A stretch of DNA of 62,459 nt from an uncultured bacterium (GTDB lineage Bacteria > Patescibacteriota > Minisyncoccia > Phycocordibacterales > CAWITU01): positions 1-62,459 of the forward strand of contig CAWITU010000006.1 of the NCBI GenBank assembly GCA_963839205.1, read 5' to 3'. Below the pieces are notes generated by a model. The model worked only from the letters and a program-made list of their open reading frames with translations. It made no database searches and was not told the origin of the DNA. A program made the translations under genes and the position numbers. Position 1 is the first letter of the stretch. Each line of letters starts with the position of its first letter. Positions 51,519 through 61,849 of the stretch are shown here, in pieces.

Positions 51519-51616
51519 ATACTATGATTTTAAATAAATATATAACAAGCTGGTCTGGTTTTATATAATATTTCAAAAGTATTTTCTTTTGTCGTGAAAT
51601 ATACAAAAGGAAATAT

Positions 51617-52234
51617 ATGACATACACCTCAGTTAATAATCGTTGTTTGGTAAATTTTGACAGACTCAATCTTCCAATAACGGAGGAGGAAGGTCTGAGA
51701 GTTCTTTATTCGAAAGGGTTTGTTTCTCAAGATATTGATATTATTTCTATTGCTCGGAGTCTTGTCGGTCAGGCTGTCTACCGTCGCGGTGCAAGAATGG
51801 TTGAGGCCCCTGCAGTTTTTGACTGCTCTAGTTTTATAAAGTGGCTTTATGGTCAAAAGGGTCTTTATCTGCCAAGACGATCAATTCAACAACGTAAAGT
51901 TGGTGAATCCGTGCCCGTTAAGAATTTGTCAGATGGCGATGTCATTTTCGTTTCTGGCTATATTGATTACTTTGACTCAGATCCAGCCGATGGGGTCGGC
52001 CATGTTGGTATATACACTGGAGAGGGAACGGTAATTCATGCCGCCAATAGAAGGTTAGGAGTTGTCGAAACAAAATTTGAAAGGTTTATAGGTACAAATA
52101 AGTTCCGTGATATTAGAAGGTATGTTCCAAAGGAATATAAACATCACACGCTTATTTGCCCAAAAGAAATGGAAATAGAGTCATCTGACGATATCCGTTG
52201 GGTAAAATTCTCCAAAATCTTCCAAAATAAATAA
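51617..52234 (+). CDS. NlpC/P60 (C40) cell-wall peptidase
   Basis: FDCSSFIKWLY (Cys) and GHVGIYTGEG...HA (His). Confidence 0.75.
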   Translation: MTYTSVNNRCLVNFDRLNLPITEEEGLRVLYSKGFVSQDIDIISIARSLVGQAVYRRGARMVEAPAVFDCSSFIKWLYGQKGLYLPRRSIQQRKVGESVPVKNLSDGDVIFVSGYIDYFDSDPADGVGHVGIYTGEGTVIHAANRRLGVVETKFERFIGTNKFRDIRRYVPKEYKHHTLICPKEMEIESSDDIRWVKFSKIFQNK

Positions 52235-52236
52235 TT

Positions 52237-52270
52237 GGCCCGGCGAATAATGATTTCGCCGGGCCTTTGT
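52237..52270 (+). terminator. Intrinsic terminator
   Basis: GGCCCGGCGA-ataatgatt-TCGCCGGGCC followed by TTTGT. Confidence 0.8.
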
Positions 52271-52309
52271 GTTAATCTGTATTAATCTGGGTCTAACCTG
52301 GATAATTTC

Positions 52310-54094
52310 ATGCCCAAACAATATCCAAAAGTCACAGTTAAAGATGTTTTTAATTCCTATTGGGAGGCGCTCCGAGTTTTCAGGGGTACCTTTGCGCTAA
52401 CTATTTTTCTTATAGTCACGGCAACCATTTTCGATATTGTCTCTCCGCTATACTATCGAACATTTTTTAATATTTTGAACACTGCAACTGATAAGGCATC
52501 AGCTGGTAAGTCACTTCTTGGAGCACTTTTAATGATTTTGTTTTTGAATCTGTGCTCGTGGGTTTGTTACAGAGCAGCAACATTCGCAAATGCAAAATTT
52601 CAAATAGGTGGTATTGCAAAGCTTCGTCAGCAAGGATTCAATTATCTTTTAAATCACTCTTATACATTTTTTGCTAATAATTTTACCGGTTCATTAACCC
52701 AAAGGATTAATCGATATGCTCGTGCCTTTGAGCGTCTATGTGACAGAGTTGTTTGGAACGTCATTCCACTCCTAGTTAGAATTCTAGGTATTGCTTTGAT
52801 TGTTTGGTTTATAAAACCAGCTATAACTTGGGTCATTATTATTTGGGTGGCACTTTTTATCACATTTAATTATTTCTTTGCTCGCTATAAAGATAAGTAT
52901 GATAAAAAGAAAGCGGAAATGGATTCAAAGGCTACAGCTGTTCTTTCTGATGCAATTACTAATCACAATACTATCCAACTTTTTGCTGGTTATGGTAGAG
53001 AGACAGATAGATATCGCGGGGTAACAGATGAGCAGGCAGCGGTCACTCGCTTTGCTTGGAATATGGACGGAGTAATGGAAGCGATTCAAGCCCTTCTTAT
53101 TATTTTTATGGAATTTTTGCTTTTCTTTTTCTCTATAAAATATTGGCAAGCCGGAACGATTACACTTGGTACTTTTGTACTTTTTCAATCTTATTTAATA
53201 GGCCTTGGTGGAAGGCTTTGGGATTTCAGTCGGGTTGTCAGAGATTTCTATGAGGGTTTTAGTGATGCTGAAGAATTAGTTGAAATGTTGAAATTACCAC
53301 ACGAGATTAAGGATTTACCAGGAGCAAAAGATTTTGTATTTAAAAAAGGTGAAGTGTCCTTTCAAAAGGTTTCATTTAGTTTTAATGAAACAAGAACTGT
53401 GCTTGATGATATTAATATGACGATTGATGGTGGGCAAAAAGTAGCTTTGATTGGGCCTTCTGGAGCTGGAAAATCTACAATTGTCAGGCTATTACTTAGA
53501 TTCTATGAAGTTGGGAAAGGAACTATTTTTATAGATGGTCAGGATGTTAAATATTTAACACAAGATAGTTTGCATAATGCGATAAGCTTGGTGCCACAAG
53601 ACCCGATTTTATTTCATCGAACACTTATGGAAAATATTCGTTATGGTAAGAAAGGCGCGACAAACGCTGAAGTAATTGAGGCCGCTAGATTAGCTCATTG
53701 TCACGAGTTTATTGATGATTTGCCAAAACGTTATGACACATATGTTGGAGAGCGAGGTATCAAACTTTCTGGTGGTGAAAGACAGCGCGTGGCAATTGCA
53801 AGAGCTATTCTCAAAAATGCTCCAATTCTAATCTTGGATGAAGCCACCTCAAGTCTCGATTCTTATTCCGAAATGCTTATCCAGGATGCACTGGTAAATT
53901 TGATGAAAGGGAAGACAACAATTGTTATCGCACATCGACTTTCAACAATCAGAAAGATGGATAGAATTATTGTTGTCAAAGACGGTTCGATTCTTGAAGA
54001 GGGAACGCATAAGGAACTTCTCAAGAAAGATGAGAGCCTTTATAAAAAACTTTGGGAACTTCAAGCCGGTGGATTTATTTCGGCAGAAATATAA
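52310..54094 (+). CDS. ABC exporter, fused permease and ATPase (MsbA-like type I)
   Basis: 6-TM domain plus Walker A GPSGAGKST, signature LSGGERQR and Walker B ILILDEATS. Confidence 0.9.
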   Translation: MPKQYPKVTVKDVFNSYWEALRVFRGTFALTIFLIVTATIFDIVSPLYYRTFFNILNTATDKASAGKSLLGALLMILFLNLCSWVCYRAATFANAKFQIGGIAKLRQQGFNYLLNHSYTFFANNFTGSLTQRINRYARAFERLCDRVVWNVIPLLVRILGIALIVWFIKPAITWVIIIWVALFITFNYFFARYKDKYDKKKAEMDSKATAVLSDAITNHNTIQLFAGYGRETDRYRGVTDEQAAVTRFAWNMDGVMEAIQALLIIFMEFLLFFFSIKYWQAGTITLGTFVLFQSYLIGLGGRLWDFSRVVRDFYEGFSDAEELVEMLKLPHEIKDLPGAKDFVFKKGEVSFQKVSFSFNETRTVLDDINMTIDGGQKVALIGPSGAGKSTIVRLLLRFYEVGKGTIFIDGQDVKYLTQDSLHNAISLVPQDPILFHRTLMENIRYGKKGATNAEVIEAARLAHCHEFIDDLPKRYDTYVGERGIKLSGGERQRVAIARAILKNAPILILDEATSSLDSYSEMLIQDALVNLMKGKTTIVIAHRLSTIRKMDRIIVVKDGSILEEGTHKELLKKDESLYKKLWELQAGGFISAEI

Positions 54095-54129
54095 GAGATT
54101 GAAATAAGAGCTCAAAAACGTTATTCTTA

Positions 54130-54867
54130 TTGGATATGAACCCATCTTTTCAGGTTAAAACAGAAGTATTTGAGGGGCCACTTGATCTACTTCTTTCGTT
54201 GGTAGAGAAAAGAAAACTCTTCGTGAACGACATCTCACTTTCACAAGTGACTGACGATTATATCTCTCATGTCAGCAATCTACCAGATTTTTCAATTCCA
54301 GACCGAGCTAATTTTATTTTAATTGCCTCAACACTCCTTCTTATCAAATCAAAATCACTTCTACCAACCCTTAATTTGACCGAAGAAGAAACTCAGAGTG
54401 TAGCGGATCTTGAAAAACGTCTAGCTCTTCTTAAGAGATTTAGAGAATTAAGTATTGGTGTTAGGGAATTATTTGGGGCTAATATAATTTTCCCAAAGAA
54501 CCAGCACAATATTATTCAACCCATTTTTTCACCGGACAAAAGTATGACAGTTACTAATTTTTTAGTAGCTATTAGAACTGTAATTAATAGCCTTCCTAAG
54601 AAGGAATTTTTACCAAAGGTAGTGATTGATAAAGTTATTTCACTTGAGGAGATGATAGAAAATTTGAGTAAGAGGATTTCGGGCGCTATTAAAATGAGTT
54701 TTAAAGATTTTGCCAAAGTTGGTAAGGAACAAAGAACAAATATTATTGTCAGTTTTTTGGCGATGTTGGAGTTGGTCAAGCAGGGGGTAATCAGGGTGAG
54801 TCAGGAGACCGCATTCTCAGATATTCAAATGGAAAGCGACACAGTCGATATTCCAAGATATAATTAA
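54130..54867 (+). CDS. scpA: Segregation and condensation protein A
   Basis: FEGPLDLLLSLVEKRKL...ITDDY pattern, followed by scpB. Confidence 0.85.
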   Translation: MDMNPSFQVKTEVFEGPLDLLLSLVEKRKLFVNDISLSQVTDDYISHVSNLPDFSIPDRANFILIASTLLLIKSKSLLPTLNLTEEETQSVADLEKRLALLKRFRELSIGVRELFGANIIFPKNQHNIIQPIFSPDKSMTVTNFLVAIRTVINSLPKKEFLPKVVIDKVISLEEMIENLSKRISGAIKMSFKDFAKVGKEQRTNIIVSFLAMLELVKQGVIRVSQETAFSDIQMESDTVDIPRYN

Positions 54868-54871
54868 GAAT

Positions 54872-55444
54872 ATGACACTCTCATCGCGCATTGAAGCAAT
54901 ACTATTTTGGAAAGGAGAACCAGTTTCTTTTAAAAAACTGGCTGAAATCCTTGATGTTTCAAAAGAACAAGTTCGAGATGCGTTGGAGGGGCTAGACGAA
55001 TCATTGAAAGATAGAGGAATTACCTTGGTTAGAAAGGATGATGAAGTGCTGCTTGGAACATCACGAGAAATGTCGGCTTTGATTGAGAAACTAACCAAAG
55101 AGGAATTGATGAAGGATTTGGGAAAGGCAGGATTAGAAACACTTTCAATTATTTTATATAAAGGACCAATCAAGAGATCAGAAATTGATTACATACGTGG
55201 CGTTAATTCGGCTTTTATTGTCAGAAATCTTTTGGTTCGTGGTTTGGTTGAAAGAATTAGCGATTCGAAAGACCAACGAGGATATCTTTATAGACCAACT
55301 TTTGACTTGATGACTTATTTAGGAGTTTCAAAAATTCAGGATTTACCAGAATATACAGCTGTCGGTGAGGAACTTTTACGTTTTGCCGCTTCAGCAGAAG
55401 AAGAATCTAAAACAGAAAATAACGATGTTCAGACAGAAAATTAG
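54872..55444 (+). CDS. scpB: Segregation and condensation protein B
   Basis: IEAILFWKGEPVS..., a winged-helix pair, ...IRGVNS...L..RGLV. Confidence 0.85.
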   Translation: MTLSSRIEAILFWKGEPVSFKKLAEILDVSKEQVRDALEGLDESLKDRGITLVRKDDEVLLGTSREMSALIEKLTKEELMKDLGKAGLETLSIILYKGPIKRSEIDYIRGVNSAFIVRNLLVRGLVERISDSKDQRGYLYRPTFDLMTYLGVSKIQDLPEYTAVGEELLRFAASAEEESKTENNDVQTEN

Positions 55445-56354
55445 CAGTGAGGTAATGGTTGTTGGTGGAATTATGATTGCACTCGCTCTCATTATTTCTT
55501 ATGCCAGTGAAGTAGTTAATTGGAAAGCGACAGCCGCAATAACTTCTTCAAGCACAGTTCTCGCTGATAACATCCCTAACCCATTTGATAATGTTTCTAT
55601 TACAGCTCAAAGTGCCTATGTTTATGATTTGAAAACAGGGACGATGCTTTACGAAAAAGATGCTGATGTTGTAAGACCATTAGCATCGCTTACAAAACTA
55701 ATGACTGCACTAGTTGCTTCAGAGGAACTTTCAACATCGAGCGTTGTGACTATTACTCAAGAGGCATTGGACCAAGATGGTTCTAACGGCCTTGTTTTGG
55801 GTGAGCGCTTCACCTTCAAAAACCTCCTGAATTTTACACTTATGGTTTCATCTAATGCCGGTGCCGCCGCCATCGCCGAGGCGGCGGCGCCGACTAGTCC
55901 CACCGAATTCATTACCGACATGAATTCTAAAGCTAACGAACTCGGGTTCAACTCACTTCTTTTCTATAATCCAACTGGTCTGGATGTTTCAACTGCTGAA
56001 TCCGGTGGATATGGTTCTGCTAAAGACATTAGTAATTTATTTATTTATATCCTTAGTCATAATCCAGACATTCTTTCAAACACAAAATATCCTAGTGGCA
56101 GTTTTACATCGTTAAATGGAATCGTGCACACTATTTCTAACACAGACGTCGCTATACCACACATCACTGATATAATTGCTTCCAAGACAGGTTATACTGA
56201 TTTGGCTGGTGGAAATGTTATTGTTACTTTTGATGAAGATATCGGACATCCGATACTTATTACGATCCTTGGTTCAACATTTGATGGTAGATTCACAGAT
56301 GCCGAGACATTAGCATCAACCACAATGGCTTATTTCACTTCCCATGATAACTGA
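55425..56354 (+). CDS. Serine-type D-Ala-D-Ala carboxypeptidase (PBP5-like)
   Basis: SxxK (SLTKLMT), SxN (SSN) and KTG (SKTGYT) motifs, with an N-terminal TM anchor. Confidence 0.8.
   Translation: MFRQKISSEVMVVGGIMIALALIISYASEVVNWKATAAITSSSTVLADNIPNPFDNVSITAQSAYVYDLKTGTMLYEKDADVVRPLASLTKLMTALVASEELSTSSVVTITQEALDQDGSNGLVLGERFTFKNLLNFTLMVSSNAGAAAIAEAAAPTSPTEFITDMNSKANELGFNSLLFYNPTGLDVSTAESGGYGSAKDISNLFIYILSHNPDILSNTKYPSGSFTSLNGIVHTISNTDVAIPHITDIIASKTGYTDLAGGNVIVTFDEDIGHPILITILGSTFDGRFTDAETLASTTMAYFTSHDN
55861..55890. repeat. Intragenic GC hairpin in the D-Ala-D-Ala carboxypeptidase gene (9 bp, 11 with one G-U)
   Basis: GCCGCCGCC-atcgccga-GGCGGCGGC, coding AAAIAEAAA. Confidence 0.85.
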
Positions 56355-57417
56355 AATTCTTAAAGTAATTATCCCCGCAATCGTTTCATTTGTTGTTGGT
56401 ATTGGTATAACTCCAATACTTACAGATTTTCTCTATTCCAATAAAATGTGGAAAAAGAAAGCGGGGAAGGTGGCTTTTGATGGTAAAGAGACTCCAATAT
56501 TTAATTCTCTTCATAAAGAAAAAGAAGTTGGAACTCCTCGAATGGGAGGAATTATTATTTGGGCAAGTGTCTTTATAACCGCAATTCTTTTCTGGCTTAT
56601 TGCCGAGCTGTTTCCAAATAGTTCACTAGTTAATTTTGATTTTGTTAGTAGGAGTGAAACCTGGATCCCATTCTCAACTTTAATTGTTGGAGCACTTTTC
56701 GGTTTGATTGATGATCTCTTGGAAGTTGGAGTACTAAGGAAAAAAAATATTGGAGGATTAGCCCTTAGATACAGGCTCATAGTCATTTCTGCTTTGGGTC
56801 TAGCTTGCGGTATTTGGTTTTATCAAAAACTCGGTATTTCAACCGTCAGTCTTCCCGAAGGACTGCATATTCAGTTCGGGGGATTCTTTCCAATATTTTT
56901 TATGATTGTGGCTGCAGCTGTTTATTCTGGCGGTGTTATTGATGGCCTAGATGGCTTAGCTGGAGGCGTATTTGCAGCTATCTTTACAGCTTATGGTTCC
57001 ATCGCTTTTATTGAATTTCATTATGATTTGGCCGCTTTTTGTGCAGCCGTTCTTGGTGGAATCTTGGCATTTCTTTGGTTTAATATTCCACCAGCTCGTT
57101 TCTACATGTCAGAGACAGGAAGCATGGGGCTCACCATAACTGTCTCTGTTATTGCTTTTATGACAGATTCATTGAGTAAGGGGACCGGAGTGATGGTTTT
57201 ACCGATAATTGCGTTTCCGCTTGTTCTAGCATCCTTGTCGGTAATTATTCAAGTTCTTTCAAAGAAATTTCGACATGGTAAAAAAGTTTTTCTGGTTGCT
57301 CCAATTCATCACCACTTTGAAGCTCAAGGTTGGCCGGCATACAAAATCACAATGAGGTTTTGGATTATTGCTCTCATCAGCGCAATTCTTGGAGTAGCTA
57401 TCTCCATCGTTAGGTAG
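56344..57417 (+). CDS. mraY: Phospho-N-acetylmuramoyl-pentapeptide transferase
   Basis: GTPRMGG, DDLLEV, GVIDGLDGLA and PIHHHFE motifs. Confidence 0.9.
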   Translation: MITEILKVIIPAIVSFVVGIGITPILTDFLYSNKMWKKKAGKVAFDGKETPIFNSLHKEKEVGTPRMGGIIIWASVFITAILFWLIAELFPNSSLVNFDFVSRSETWIPFSTLIVGALFGLIDDLLEVGVLRKKNIGGLALRYRLIVISALGLACGIWFYQKLGISTVSLPEGLHIQFGGFFPIFFMIVAAAVYSGGVIDGLDGLAGGVFAAIFTAYGSIAFIEFHYDLAAFCAAVLGGILAFLWFNIPPARFYMSETGSMGLTITVSVIAFMTDSLSKGTGVMVLPIIAFPLVLASLSVIIQVLSKKFRHGKKVFLVAPIHHHFEAQGWPAYKITMRFWIIALISAILGVAISIVR

Positions 57418-57436
57418 TCTATGATAATATAACTGC

Positions 57437-58540
57437 ATGGTACACAAGAAAGTCGATAGACCATTTTTTTGGTTTTTTATTATTTTAGTTGTTTCCGGTC
57501 TATTTATTTTTTCTTCTGCGTCATTGGGTCTTTTGGCGAGAACAAATAACACTTTTTATTCTACAACCTTCAATCAACTTTTTTTCGGGCTTTTTCTGGG
57601 AACGATTGCTTGTTTTGTTGCGACTAATATCAAGTTAGACTTCTTCAAAAAATATGCTTTTTTCATATTTTTATTCTCAACAGTACTTATGGTTCTAGTT
57701 TTTGTTCCGCATATTGGTTTTGCTTCAGGTGGTGCTAAACGATGGATTTTAGTCGGTCCTCTTTCATTCCAGCCAGCAGAGCTTTATAAACTATCTTTTG
57801 TAATTTATTTAGCGGCTTGGATTTCTAATGTTAAAGGCAAAATTGGTACTTTTAAATTTGGTCTCATCCCATTCGTCATCATCACTACCATAAGTGCAGG
57901 ATTACTTTTTCTACAGCCAGATACAGACACTTTTTTTATAATATTTTTTGCTGGCTTAACAATGTATGTGGTTGGGGGGTGTCGTTTAAGAGATATCGGA
58001 GTTCTCATTCTTTTAGGACTTCTGGGCTTTGGTTTGGTGTATGTCACTCGTCCATACATTCGCGAACGTGTTAACTCATTTATACATCCATCTAGTAACT
58101 CTCTAACTTCAAGTTATCAGCTTCAGCAATCGCAAATTGCTATAGGCTCGGGCGAAATTTTTGGAAAAGGTTTCGGACAGAGCGTCCAAAAATTTAATTT
58201 CTTGCCCGAGCCGACAGGGGATTCAATTTTTGCTGTAGCCGCAGAAGAGTTTGGATTTCTCGGTAGTTCTCTTATCATTATTATATTTTTACTATTTGCT
58301 CTTCGGGGTCTTCGAATTGCTATGAATACTCAGGATAGCTTTGGAAGGCTTTTAGTCATTGGTTTGGTCATTCTTATAATTTCAGGTTCGTACATTAATA
58401 TAGCCTCAATGCTTGGTGTCTTGCCTTTGTCAGGTACCCCATTACTTTTCGTAAGTCATGGCGGTACAGCACTACTTTTTGCGATGCTTGAGGCTGGGCT
58501 TATCCTGAATGTTTCCAGATACCAGAAAACTATTAGATAG
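57437..58540 (+). CDS. ftsW: SEDS-family peptidoglycan polymerase FtsW/RodA
   Basis: 10-TM protein with QPAELYK, PDTDT and LPLSGTPLLFVSHGGT motifs, in dcw-cluster context. Confidence 0.85.
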   Translation: MVHKKVDRPFFWFFIILVVSGLFIFSSASLGLLARTNNTFYSTTFNQLFFGLFLGTIACFVATNIKLDFFKKYAFFIFLFSTVLMVLVFVPHIGFASGGAKRWILVGPLSFQPAELYKLSFVIYLAAWISNVKGKIGTFKFGLIPFVIITTISAGLLFLQPDTDTFFIIFFAGLTMYVVGGCRLRDIGVLILLGLLGFGLVYVTRPYIRERVNSFIHPSSNSLTSSYQLQQSQIAIGSGEIFGKGFGQSVQKFNFLPEPTGDSIFAVAAEEFGFLGSSLIIIIFLLFALRGLRIAMNTQDSFGRLLVIGLVILIISGSYINIASMLGVLPLSGTPLLFVSHGGTALLFAMLEAGLILNVSRYQKTIR

Positions 58541-58568
58541 AATATCTTAAGTAGTATAAAATAAGGTT

Positions 58569-59699
58569 ATGAAAATTTTACTTACAGGAGGCGGAACCGG
58601 AGGACATTTCTATCCGATTATTGCTATTACAGAAGAATTAATTCAATTATCTAAAGAGAAGAAGCTCTTAAAGCCAAAAATTTATTACATGGCTGATTCT
58701 CCATACAATCCAAGAATTCTTTTTGATCACGATATAATTTTCAAAAAAGTTTCAGCAGGGAAGATGAGGAGGTATTTCTCTGTTTCAAATTTCTTTGATT
58801 ACTTTAAAACCGCTTTCGGATCAATGAGTGCTGTATGGCAGTTGTTCTTCCTTTTTCCAGACGTAGTTTTTGGAAAGGGTGGATATTCCAGCTTTCCTGC
58901 TGTCTTTGCTGCTAGAATTCTGGGTATTCCAGTAGTGATTCACGAATCTGATAGTGAACCGGGTAGAGTAAATGCTTGGGCAGGGAAATTTGCAAAGCGC
59001 ATCGCTCTTTCATATCCAGAAGCAGCAAAATATTTTCCAGAAGGTAAAACAGCTTTTACTGGTAATCCTGTTAGGTCTGAGATAAAAATTCCTGCAACAA
59101 GTGGTGCCAAGGAATATTTGAATCTTGAAACAGGGGTGCCAACGATTGTCGTCCTCGGTGGATCTCAGGGTAGTAAAAAAATAAACGATGTCATTTTAGA
59201 TGCTTTGCCTGATTTGGTTTCAAAATATCAGGTTATTCATCAAACTGGTGTTAAAAATTTTAAAGAAGTCAGGGGGGTAGCAGACTTAATTCTTCAATCA
59301 AACAGTAATGCTTCGCGATACAAGCCATTTGATTATTTAAACAATTTAGCGATGCGTATGGCCGCAGGGGCGGCAGATTTGGTTATTTCACGATCTGGGT
59401 CAACTATATTTGAGATTGCAATTTGGGGGCTTCCATCAATTCTCATTCCAATTCCAGAATCTGTAAGCCATGATCAAATAAAAAATGCTTTTAGTTATGC
59501 TTCAACTGGGGCGGCGGAAATTATTCAGGAAAACAATCTTACCCGTGAGGTTTTTGTAAGTGAAGTTGAAAGGGTTATGGGGAATACTGCACTTAAGGAC
59601 AAAATGCGTGCGGCGGCTCGGGCTTTTGCAAAGCCCGACGCCGCACGCAAAATCGCTGAGCAGATTATTGAGATTGCTCTGACTCACGAAACTGACTAA
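58569..59699 (+). CDS. murG: UDP-GlcNAc:lipid I GlcNAc transferase
   Basis: GGGTGGHFYP N-terminus and the VISRSGSTIFE motif. Confidence 0.9.
   Translation: MKILLTGGGTGGHFYPIIAITEELIQLSKEKKLLKPKIYYMADSPYNPRILFDHDIIFKKVSAGKMRRYFSVSNFFDYFKTAFGSMSAVWQLFFLFPDVVFGKGGYSSFPAVFAARILGIPVVIHESDSEPGRVNAWAGKFAKRIALSYPEAAKYFPEGKTAFTGNPVRSEIKIPATSGAKEYLNLETGVPTIVVLGGSQGSKKINDVILDALPDLVSKYQVIHQTGVKNFKEVRGVADLILQSNSNASRYKPFDYLNNLAMRMAAGAADLVISRSGSTIFEIAIWGLPSILIPIPESVSHDQIKNAFSYASTGAAEIIQENNLTREVFVSEVERVMGNTALKDKMRAAARAFAKPDAARKIAEQIIEIALTHETD
59605..59649. repeat. Intragenic nested hairpin in murG (11 + 8 bp)
   Basis: TGCGTGCGGCG-gct-CGGGCTTT-tgc-AAAGCCCG-a-CGCCGCACGCA, 50 nt before the stop codon. Confidence 0.95.
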
Positions 59700-59753
59700 T
59701 TGTCGTTTGACGTTGACAGGAAAGCCATCCACCTATAGAATTCTGTCTTAATT

Positions 59754-60221
59754 ATGAACGACGAAAAAGAATATATATCAAAAGAGAAGTTTAATGAATT
59801 AACAGTTGAGCTCGATCATCTTAAGAAAGTTAAGAGACGAGAAGTGGCTGAAGATCTTGAGCATGCCAAGTCACTAGGTGACTTATCTGAGAACGCTGAG
59901 TATCAGGAAGCTAGACAAGCACAAGCTGAGACTGAAGTTAGAATTTCCAAAATCGAGGCTATTCTTAAGAATGCAGAAATTGTTATTTCTCATCATTCAA
60001 CTATTGCTGAAGTAGGTTCAACTATTACAATTCAAAAAGAAGGCGAGGGTAATGAAAAGATTTACAATCTCGTAGGTAGCGAAGAGGCTGATTCAGCTTC
60101 TGGTAAAATTTCTATTAATTCTCCACTGGGAACCGCTCTTCAGGGCAAGAAGGCTGGTGATGCGTTCATCCTATCAACTCCATCAGGTAAGATGTCTTAC
60201 AAGGTTGTTAATATTAAGTAG
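59754..60221 (+). CDS. greA: Transcription elongation factor GreA
   Basis: GDLSENAEYQEAR coiled-coil tip and the C-terminal SINSPLGTAL..K..GD. Confidence 0.9.
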   Translation: MNDEKEYISKEKFNELTVELDHLKKVKRREVAEDLEHAKSLGDLSENAEYQEARQAQAETEVRISKIEAILKNAEIVISHHSTIAEVGSTITIQKEGEGNEKIYNLVGSEEADSASGKISINSPLGTALQGKKAGDAFILSTPSGKMSYKVVNIK

Positions 60222-60262
60222 GCTTTTATAAAGCTCTATTTCAGTTTATACTAAGAGTACCA

Positions 60263-61726
60263 ATGTCTTTTGATGATATCCGTTCCGAAAGAGTAAAAAA
60301 ATTAGAGAAATTAAAAAGTCTCGGTATTAATCCATACCCAGCGGAATCTTCAATCTCTATAACCTTATCGGAATTAATCACTAAATTTGATTCTATTTCG
60401 GCCGCTGGAAAATCAGAAACAATCGGCGGCCGCCTCATGTCCAAGCGTGGTCAAGGTGCTATTGTCTTTGCTGATTTGTATGATGGTACTGCGAAGTTTC
60501 AAGTATTACTTAAAAAAGATATTCTGGGGGAAGAGCAATTTTCTATATTTACTGACACAACTGATGTCGGAGACTTTATGGAAGTTTCCGGTACATTGTT
60601 TTTAACTAAAACTGGTGAGAAGACCCTTGAAGCCAAAAGTTGGAAAATGCTTTCAAAGAGCCTTCGTCCGCTTCCAGAGAAATGGCATGGCCTCCAAGAC
60701 ACCGAGGAGCGCTTTAGAAGACGCTATTTGGATGTCTTGATGAATCATGACGTCAGAGACAGATTCGTCGTAAGATCGAAGATAATCTCCGCTATCAGAA
60801 GTTTTTATGATAACAAGGGTTTTATTGAAGTTGAGACCCCACGCCTTCAATCACTTGCAGGTGGTGCTACAGCCTTACCATTCGTTACCCACCACAATGC
60901 GCTAGATATTGATTTTTATCTCACAATTGCTCAAGAGTTATATTTGAAGGAACTTCTAGTTGGAGGGTTCACTAAAGTCTATGAAATCGGCAGAAAATTC
61001 AGAAATGAAGGGATTGATACAACTCACAATCCTGAATTTACCATGCTTGAATCAAATGAAGCTTATGTTGATGCGAAAGCTCAGAGAGAATTTATTGAAG
61101 AATTATTTAAAAAATTAGTTAAGAATATATTTGATACTGAATCAATTCAATACGATGAGGTATCAATTGATTTTGCCCCAAAGTTTGAAGTTATAACTTT
61201 TTACGACTTGATTAAGAAGTTTGCAGATGTTGAAAATCCAGAATCACTTTCTCAATCTGAAGCATTTGATAAAGCCGTTTCGCTCGGTGGTAAAGTAGGG
61301 AAGACAGATTCGCTAGATAAATTACTTGATGTGATTTATAAGAAAGCTTGCAGACATCATTTGATTGAACCAACTTTTATTATTGAATATCCTGAAGCCT
61401 TTAATCCATTTTCAAAACGCAAAGCTGATAATCCATCAATAATTGATAGATTTCAGTTAGTTGTTGGGGGTCTTGAAATAGTGAATGCTTTTTCAGAATT
61501 GAATGATCCAATTGATCAGGCTGTTCGTTATGAAGAGCAAAAAAAAGAAAACATGGTGAGGGCGAAATTTCTCCATCTGATAAAGAATATCTTGAGGCAA
61601 TGGAATACGGTATGCCACCAATGGGAGGGATTGGGATCGGAATTGATAGGGTAGCGATGCTTTTCACAAATTCTAAAAATATTTCGCGAAGTCATTTTGT
61701 TTCCAACGCTCCGACCTAGGGCGTAA
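60263..61726 (+). CDS. lysS: Lysine--tRNA ligase (class II), two frameshifts near the 3' end
   Basis: OB-fold N-domain and class II motifs (FRNEGID..HNPEFT). The tail ...[44 protein letters not shown] is recovered by frame switching. Confidence 0.9.
60399..60432. repeat. Weaker intragenic GC inverted repeat in lysS (7 bp)
   Basis: CGGCCGC, 20 nt, GCGGCCG. Confidence 0.6.
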
Positions 61727-61750
61727 TTGCTTCAGAAAAATCATCTTTTA

Positions 61751-61777
61751 AAACCGCTGTAAAAGGCGGTTTTTTTT
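61751..61777 (+). terminator. Intrinsic terminator after lysS
   Basis: AAACCGC-tgtaaaa-GGCGGTTT within a T8 run. Confidence 0.75.
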
Positions 61778-61849
61778 ACTATTTATTGTGGATAACTTTG
61801 GTTGCAAATGGGCCTTGGTGTTATAAAATGGTATCAAGTGGGAAAAGGT

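Noticed and set aside
61787-61795. Noted a perfect DnaA-box 9-mer (TGTGGATAA, the reverse complement of TTATCCACA) after lysS.
   Set aside because: It is a single copy with no cluster, AT-rich unwinding element or dnaA/dnaN nearby. One match is about what chance predicts for 62 kb on both strands.
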